Translations under genes and position numbers: made by a program | Shown: in pieces, positions 54,649 to 64,000 of the stretch | Position numbering within the stretch: position 1 is the stretch's first letter | Layout: each line of letters starts with the position of its first letter | Assembly (NCBI GenBank): GCA_012295275.1 | Contig: CM022665.1 | Coordinates: forward strand, 36,580,001 to 36,644,000 | Origin: Chrysomallon squamiferum | Lineage: Eukaryota > Animalia > Mollusca | DNA: 64,000 bases | Reading direction: 5' to 3' | Notes under the pieces: generated by a model | Seen by the model: the letters and a program-made list of their open reading frames with translations, nothing else | What the model was told of the DNA's origin: nothing | Database searches by the model: none

Positions 54649-54702
<54 letters not shown>
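54649..54702. repeat. Poly-A tract (~54 nt)
   Basis: Homopolymer just downstream of the minisatellite. Confidence 0.95.
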
Positions 54703-54704
<2 letters not shown>

Positions 54705-57546
54705 AATAGAATGTACTTGCCGAACTTAGCTGTGGAACATCAGCAGAGAAATGAACGTGTCAACATTGTGAATCACTGCGTTTAAACGTCCACTCCATTC
54801 ATAACTATTGTACGATTTACAACTGACTGCATAAATTGAGCAGCTGTTTCATTTTAGTATGTTCCGATCTGCTAAATACATCTGATTAAAATACGGTCGA
54901 AACTTGCCCGTTTCATTATTCGCCGCTCACATAAAACTGCCAAACTACGGGTCATTACGTTCGTGCGTTGTTCTTTGTTTTGTCGCCGTGTACCTTTTTG
55001 TCATCCTTGCTCTTTCACCTTTATTTTGTTTTATTTCTCTTTCTTTCTTTCTTTCTTTCTTTCTCTCTCTCTTTTTTTTTTTTTTTTTCTCTCTCTCTCT
55101 TTTCTGTCGTCATTTCATTTTTACGATTAGCTCAGCGTAAAATCGTTTGTCCTCAGATACATTAGCATTAATTATTCTCGGTATTTATCTCGTCGTTACC
55201 ACACTGCTGTAGTGTCCATTGATTTTTTTTTTTGCAGCCACGAGGTGCTACAGAGAAGTGTATCTAGCTGACAAACTGTTTCGTGATAAGATCTTCATGC
55301 CGGCAACGAAATTGTCCCGCTTCATTCGAGTGATGATCAATTGATGCAATTATAATTATAATAATTGACACCACTGTCGTCGTCAACTGAGGGACTGAGA
55401 GAGAGGTGGCAGATAAGAGGAGAACAGGGGGCAGAGAATGAGAAATAAAAGAAGAGGGTGGGTGAGAGTGAGAGTATGTCGTATTTGTGTGTCTGTCTGT
55501 GTGTTTGTGTTTGTTGCAATAAAAAAGAATACACCCCAAAAACAGAGAGAAAGAACGAAAGAGACAGAAACTGAGATAAGATAATTTAGTTTTATATATA
55601 TATATATAAATTTATTTATTTTATTTCTTCTTCTTTTCTTTTCTTTAATTATTTTATTTAAAAAAAATTTAATTTTTTTAACTGAAAATTAGCTATGAAG
55701 ATATTTTGTTAGAATATAATGGAAACAAATTAATTTTTTGAACTATATTGATCACAAGATGATATTCCTTAATATTTTTTATTGTCTTATGTTTACGATT
55801 TAGGATCCTTTTCTTCGTCACAGTGATTCTAGTCCAGTAACTTTCCTTTTTTTTTTTTTTTTTTTTTCTGCTAATAAGTATCAACAATATAATCTTAGAG
55901 CGATGGTTCAGTTTTCTTTCTATATAAATTTGTAAATAATTTAGTATATCATGGAATCTTTATTGCTAAGTTTTAATTTCATATTTTAATGACGCATTAT
56001 TAAATACGACCCATCACGAAGAAAAATGAGCTGAAGGCATGATGTACATGAGTTAGTTTTGAAATGAGTAAACGAAAAATATCATGCAGATCATTATCGA
56101 ATTCCATTTCCGGTGAGTAATGGCCATGAATGACGTCATAACCATTGTTAGATTGCTCGGATAATATTTAATGGAGCCTTGTGGTGGCAATAGACACGGT
56201 ATTTTTGGAATAACTGTCTTTTATTTGTTTGTCTCTCTCTTTTTATTTTTTTATTATTATTATTATTTTTATATTTTTTTTTCCCCTGAACAATATTATA
56301 GATTAAAAATACAAATAAAACAGCCTTTGCTGACTCAAGGAGATGGAAGATATGTCAGAACTTCCCGTAGCAAAGTAGATAGGTAATAATATAAAATTGA
56401 AACGGTACAAATCGTTAGTTTTTCGACACATATTTGACAGTCAATAAGACTGGTAGATTCTAAGATCGCTTCTAGGAAATGGCTCCTACCCACGGTTATT
56501 GAGAAAATATTGAAAAGTTGTAATATAGATATTACAGAGTTAATTTTGCAGGCAGATAACCCAGGCCCATGCACCTGTGTTCAAGACAGATGTGTTTTAC
56601 AAAATATTGTAAGTGATGACCATGTTACAACTTGTTCAGTGAAAATGCTAAAATGATTAGTCAAAGTTAAACTATTTCAAATATGATCCTTCTTCGTTTG
56701 AATGTGTGTGTGTATGTGACTGGATGCTTCTGTTTTTGTGTGTTTGAGTGCAAGAGAGGTAGGTGGTAGGTGGTATTTCTAAATTAAACATTTCAGACTG
56801 AGTGAATGACTAATAGTCACTTCACAATACAATTTACAGCGTGTTGTATTTAGAAACACAGTCTGAAAAGTACTGACTAATATTTTATAAACGTTTATCT
56901 AAACATCGTCTGATATTTTCTGAATGACTCAAAGAATTTTGTGCGTAATGCATGTTATACATAATCCTGATTGTTCTAGATCCTATTTTATATTTAAATA
57001 TTGATGCTCACTGTTACATTGGGTGAATGAACGGGTTTATTATCTAACGTACAAAAGCTGAGAAAAAAAAAAGCGTGGGATGTTGGAAATAACAGATTTT
57101 ATGCTTCAGTAATTTGTCATAGTCCTGCAAGAATAATTAAATACTTTAGTTTTCCAGCTAATTTTGTCTTTTCTTTACGTATTTATTTCTGCATAAATGT
57201 ATATTGAAATTTTCTTCCAGTTCATTCCACATTTTCTTCACATACCCAGCAAATGAATGGATATCCATCAACCCATAATTATTTCATACAATATGATTTT
57301 TGTTACCGATATTATTAATTCAGTACGTTACTTATATTTCAGTTGAGAGTGTGAATAGCCTGAAATTCTCTTTAGACGTGTTTGCTTAAATTTTCTGCTA
57401 GGTTTAATCTTTAGAGCTGTTTTTGAACCTGCAATCTCAGGTAATTTTATTTCTAACTGTTTGTAAAAATATTTTTAAATGAGAAATATGACTTTCGTTA
57501 AATAAATAATGTATTTAGCAATATCATCGAATATATATATATATAT

Positions 57547-57594
<48 letters not shown>

Positions 57595-58168
57595 ACACAC
57601 ACACGTAGTCATTTATCTATCCATTTATCCATCCATCAATCAACATAATTATTCTTCCTTGCTTCCTTCCTTCATATACTCATCCACTCACTCATTCATC
57701 ATTTTACCTCACATCGTTAGAAGCATTCCTCCCATATGCAGCATTCACGCAAACATCGACTCACTGAATGGAGCAGTCAGTGATTTTCCTACCACGTCTT
57801 TTATGATTTCGTCAATTCTTTACCGTGCACAGGTGGTCTACATACAACACGCTGTTCTTGTCAAACTCCTGCTCAAAGTTCTAGCAATTTCATTATAATT
57901 CTGTGCCGTTTTGTAATCGCTTCGACAGTAAATTACCTCCAATTCCACGAAACACAAAACCACCAAGGAGTAACATATGCCAAGCTACGTGTAAAACCGG
58001 GAAGCTTCGCTGGGCTAAGGGGAACGTCCTGGACGCATAAATCCCGCGGTGACATTTTTGTGTTCGATATTGTTTCATGGAGGACAATCATAACAATAGG
58101 ATCTGTTTTCAACAATAATAAAAAAAAAAAAAAAAGTAAAGATAAAAATAAAAAACATTTAAGAAAAG

Positions 58169-58244
<76 letters not shown>
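58169..58244. repeat. Poly-A tract (~76 nt)
   Basis: Longest homopolymer I saw in the window. Confidence 0.95.
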
Positions 58245-58246
<2 letters not shown>

Positions 58247-58828
58247 TTAAAGAAAGATAAAAATGTAGAAAAATGTACCTTTGTTACCTTGGATAGCTGA
58301 GGAAATTTTTATTTTTATTTTTTAAATTTCTTTATTTTATTTTATTTTTATTATATATATAGTTTAAATCTTGTTCTTGTTGTTGTCGTTGTTGTTGTAT
58401 TTGTTGCTGACTTTTTCAGATGTTTTTATTTTCAGTTAATAAGTTACAGAAATGTAACAGAAATGGATGCTCAGAAGTTACAGACTAGTTACTTGAATAA
58501 ATTAAAATGGATGTAAACACTTCGATGATCAGTTTTTTTGTTATGTGTGTAACTGTTGTCATCAACATACATATTGTGTTCATTTAAAAATGGAATTTGT
58601 TTCTGTTTAAAAAAACAAGCAAAACAACCCGACACATATATACATACAAACAGAAAGACAGACAGACAGACAGACAGACAAACATACATACCTATATACA
58701 TATGACACATACGTACATACACATACATTCATTCACACAAATACATAAACATATTCACACATACAAACACATATATACATACATATATAAACACACATAT
58801 ATACAAACATACATATATACACACATAT

Positions 58829-58877
<49 letters not shown>

Positions 58878-59444
58878 AACAAGCATACAGATATAACGCA
58901 AAATGATGATTAAGGAAAAAAACCCATTAAATTGTAATGGAAAATTTTCCAATTTGAAAAAAAAAAAAAAAAAAGGAAGAAGAAAAAAAAAAAAGGTTGT
59001 CATAGAAAAGTGTAAAAATATAGTTAATAATCTATGTCGGAAAACATATGTCGCCTTATTCTTATCACTTTCCACTGGTGTGTTTTTATATAGATTTTCG
59101 CTTTATGACATGACAGCCTACAAGCGCATTCACTGTTGTGACCAATTCATAACAAATAACACTAAATCGGCCTTCGAAAAAGAATGTAAAAAATTACAGA
59201 AAATCCATATGTTATACGACGCGTTCCAAGTAAAAAAACAAATCTATTCCCACTAGAAACGATTTTACTTGTAAACCGTGGTAAACTGAAATACACACGG
59301 TAACGCCATTCCAAGGAAGTCTAACAATTATTAACCGTTACAACTGAGAACCTACCCTTAATTATTTTTATAAATTTTATTTTACTGATGTCTATCGCAA
59401 ATATTTAGATATCTCTGGAATTCAGAGCTATGTTGTATTTAATG

Positions 59445-59456
59445 TAATAATAATAA

Positions 59457-59515
<59 letters not shown>

Positions 59516-59541
59516 TAATGACTATAATGATAAAAATGGTG

Positions 59542-59591
<50 letters not shown>
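59445..59591. repeat. (AAT)n microsatellite
   Basis: Two AAT runs with a short interruption. Confidence 0.97.
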
Positions 59592-60131
59592 CACTATAAC
59601 AGTTAAATTATGACAGTGTCATTATTTATATCTACACATAATACGACACACCTGTAATAACCTTAATGTAAAATATTTTATCTTTGAACCCTGACTCTAT
59701 ATCCATATATTTGTATACCTATCCTGGCTTTATAGCATAAGTTTATTACTAATATATGTCCTATTTGCACTATATATGCTTAACATGCCGACATTTAATT
59801 CGCATATAGAATCCTAGTGGAAGAGTTAAGGCGAAATCACACAATCTGAGTTATATTAATCATTTACATATGCTCTGTTGTGCTGAAGAAATCGTTATTT
59901 CTGTGATGCAGATGAAGATACGAACTAATAATAAATTCTCATTCTTCGATTTCTTGATTGCTATAATGTTAACCCGTTCAAGACTGAGCAGACTCATAAG
60001 AATCAAGGAAGTAACAGATTTTTTTTTTTTTTTTTGTAAGTGTGTGTTACAGACAGAGACAGAGACACACAGACAGATAAACGAAGATAGGCTGTTACAG
60101 AAAAAGATTACAAAAAAAAAAAAATAAAATA

Positions 60132-60162
<31 letters not shown>

Positions 60163-60855
60163 ATTGTGAAAAGAAGACGTATCCATCAACCCACGAATTC
60201 CTCATTTTCGTTACTAGAAATCGATCAGTTTTACCGCGCCTTTATAACGGTAAAAATGTGCCATGTTCCACCTGCCAGAACAACCAATGCAATTGTTATA
60301 TGTCTTCATGCTTCCTTCTTCGTTATGACCAAGCACGTTTTGCTGTAAACTGATCCGCTCGTTGTGGAGAAACGATTAGTGCGCTCCATTAAGTTGGGCT
60401 GAATTCCCAGTGACAACATGTTTGCTTTGAAAAACACTTGCCTGTGTGATGACTATTGTTAACGTCATCGTCGAAATTTGTTTCTACGTGCAGTCGGGTT
60501 TGTTTTTTCTCTGCTACGATATGACTTTCAACACTTCGGGGGCTGAGAAAAATCACAAGGAATGTAAAAATTTTTCATCAACTCAGATCTTCTAAGAAAA
60601 CTGTTTAAATTATGTATGGAATTTAGACTTGGAATTTTGTATGTATTGAATTTTTTTTTTTTTTTTTTAATTATTGCAAACGATAATACTGTTGGATTTT
60701 ATCATGCTCCATTTGCTGGTGAAAAATACCTTGTTGATGTCTTCAAATAAATAACCTTTAATATATTATTTATGTATGTATGTTTGTTTGAATGTGTAAT
60801 TGTATGTATGTATGTATGTGTATCTGTGTTTAAGCATGATGTGTATGTATGTTTG

Positions 60856-60901
<46 letters not shown>

Positions 60902-62282
60902 AATAAATTCAGTATTATATAGATTGGTTTTTATATTTTTTACAAGATATTTAAACTATTCATTTTTGATGTTTTGTGAATTTCTTGGAGGTATTTTTAT
61001 TCTGGAAAGTGATAAACATATGAAAGTAAATTAAAAAAATAACAATAATATTTAGCATTGTTTAGTTTCTAGTATGATACTGTACTGGTAATGTGGTTTT
61101 TTTTTTTTTTTTGGGGTTTGTTCTATTTTTTTAAATAATAATTTGTTTTATTTTTTTTTATTTCCGAAAATTTACTTTTTTTTAAATACTTTATGTGTCT
61201 GATATGTTCTTTAATGGAATTAAAATGTATTAATAATTTATATATATTGTCGTTTGACCTTTGTGAAAACAAATAATCACTTATAATTTAGACCACGTTA
61301 AAAGTGTGTATTTAATAGAAATATCATTAATTCTCGCCTGTTTGCAAAATAAATAAAGAAAAACTGTCATTTCTCTCTCTCTTTTTTTTTTACGATTTAA
61401 TAATATTAAATTCCAACAAACAAAATTCCCTGCTAAATATTAATTTAATTTGTAATTGCATTCGCTTATCTTATTGCCTTTGCTAATTTTATTCCTTCTC
61501 ATTTAGTATAAACATAATTTATGTCAAATAAAGAAAAAAATATTCAGTATATACATTGCTTCTGTCATTATAAGAAAATAAATAAATATATAGTTGTTTC
61601 TGTTTAGAGCCTTTTTTGTTATTGGTGTCAGGTTAACGAATAAAATATATACCAGAAACTCGATAAAAATGGTTTTAATTTAAATCATTTTAGTGTCAGA
61701 GATAAAATTATTTTCTATTCTATATTTATTTATTTATTTATTTATTTATGTATATAAATTTTATCAGACAATAATCGTAGAAGAATAAAATAATAAATAA
61801 AATAAAATTATTTAAACATTGTTGACCTATTAATCATTTTAATTTTAATTCGTTTGCCCTTGTTCGTTTTTTTGTTTTGTTTTTTTTTTATTAATTTCGA
61901 CGGATATTTATTCCTATAAACATATCTGTTTGATATCGCTGATCCTTAAATTATTAAAGTTAAGTTATTCAAGACGCACACTTCATGTGCATTTATCACA
62001 GTATAGGTGAATGTGCAGTGTGTAAACAAATGATCGATCATTTTGTATGCAACAGATTGTAAATGTTATATAACTCGATTACAGAATTAACGCTTTTTCG
62101 GTTTTTGTCGGTACGTGCTATATTATGATGTAGAGCTGAATATATTAATAATTATAGTGATGAGGTCATGATAATGCTGATTATGATGAAGGTGATGATG
62201 TTAAAGATTAAGCTCCCTTTTTTGCAGTTAATGTAAAATTTGTCTCTTTTTTATATAATAAAAACAATAATAATAATTATTA

Positions 62283-62335
<53 letters not shown>

Positions 62336-63263
62336 GATTATAGATTAACCAGACATTTAGTATTCCTCTTGCAAATTTCATTATTAAGAATTCTGTCATA
62401 AAATATACTGTAAGAAACAATACTTTTTCTTGTTTTGCATGCCTGTATGTTTGCGTGCCTGAATGTGAACGTGATTCTATATGTGTGCGCGTGTGTGTTA
62501 TTATATTTCCTCTCTACATTTTCAGTCCTTTTTTGCATTTCGTTACAATCATTTTTCCAAAACACAGTACAACGAAATTAAAGCATTATACAATATCGCC
62601 ACCAATATCATTTTATTATCGTTTGAAAAAAATAAAAAAAATAAACTAATATTTTTTTCTAAGCTGAAAATTGAAAAAAACTAAAATGTAAATAAAAAAC
62701 ACAAAATATTAATGTAAATAATAAATCTATTTTATTTTATGGCATTTTTTGTTCAGTAAAATCTTTGGACGAAACAGGAATAAACAACATACGTTTGTTC
62801 ATTCACTGTTCAGAGAGAGAGAGAGAAAAAAAAATGTGGTATGAGTCCAAACGTAAGTAATGGGTGTGAATACATGGAGACCCGGTGTGGACTTTAATCT
62901 CTCTCCAAGCGACCGGAACAATACATAATTCAGTCAAAAAGATACTAAAATCACAACAGGCACACACATGAAATTACACTTACTTCAAAAAATGGTCGCA
63001 CCAGATTTACAGTACAATACCAGCCAACTAAAACAGACATTTCATAACAACTGTCACAAATAGTAGAGTCATAGTTAGCAAATAAAACATCGTTTTATAG
63101 TGAAAAAAATCTTGTATAACAAGTACCTGTTTTTAAATGAAAATCTTGAGATATACTTCCTGTTTTGTGTTGATATATGCATATTAAATAACACACATAT
63201 ATCTCTCTTTCACTTACTTGCTGAACTATCATCTAAGGATGTTTCTCAAGGATTCTGATTTGA

Positions 63264-63551
<288 letters not shown>

Positions 63552-64000
63552 AATTTTTATTGTGGTTGCAATTTTCTCCACCAAGACAGTCTGATAGTTG
63601 TTTTAAAAAAAGGAAATCTTTACAATAAAGACTTTTTACAAACATTACATCAAAATACATGTAAATATTCATGGATATATATGTACATATTCATGAATAT
63701 CTCAATATAAGGGCAATCCATAATAGACAAGAGATATTCAAATGATGGTTAAAAAAAGAGGAAAAAATCCTAGTTTTGTTCAGATCATGCTTCATTGTTT
63801 ATTGAATACACTCTGTATTTCTACTGTGTCTGGTTTATATAACAAATGAAGCATTAGAATTGTATGTACAAATTAACATATCTCGTCATAAATATGCACA
63901 CAAAATATAAGTCCCACCCACTTTGTTTTAACTGTCATAAATAGCGAACTGAACCCAAGTGTTAAAAATAGCAAACTACTAAAGACGTGATTTCACGGGA

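Noticed and set aside
58169-58244. Poly-A as the tail of a processed pseudogene
   Set aside because: There is no upstream ORF homology or TSD, long homopolymers are common here, and their lengths may be sequencing-dependent.

Overview
AT-rich eukaryotic (metazoan) genomic DNA with no protein-coding gene, rRNA, tRNA or CRISPR array that I can support. Most listed ORFs are translations of microsatellites, and the few complex ones match no family I recognise. The window alternates between dense simple-sequence-repeat tracts ((ATT)n, (TATG)n, (AT)n, (AG)n, (GT)n, poly-A/T) and dozens of 0.3-1.2 kb CpG-retaining unique islands carrying transcription-factor-like motifs. This looks like an intergenic regulatory desert or a very large intron. 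TTAGGG repeats, retained CpG and the extreme SSR load suggest an invertebrate, plausibly a mollusc such as an octopod (inference only). The clearest structures are: (1) a composite interstitial telomeric locus at 51291-52214, where TTAGGG and variant arrays alternate with a repeated ~108-bp spacer, next to a 15-16-bp subrepeat block resembling a transposon end; (2) a 41-43-bp minisatellite; (3) a 100-bp-period tandem repeat; (4) a consensus-matching CTCF motif at 29811; (5) a ~1.2-kb promoter-like island at 39600-40880 with nested inverted repeats. I found no clearly novel system. The candidates below are hypotheses from reading the sequence by eye, without any search or computation.
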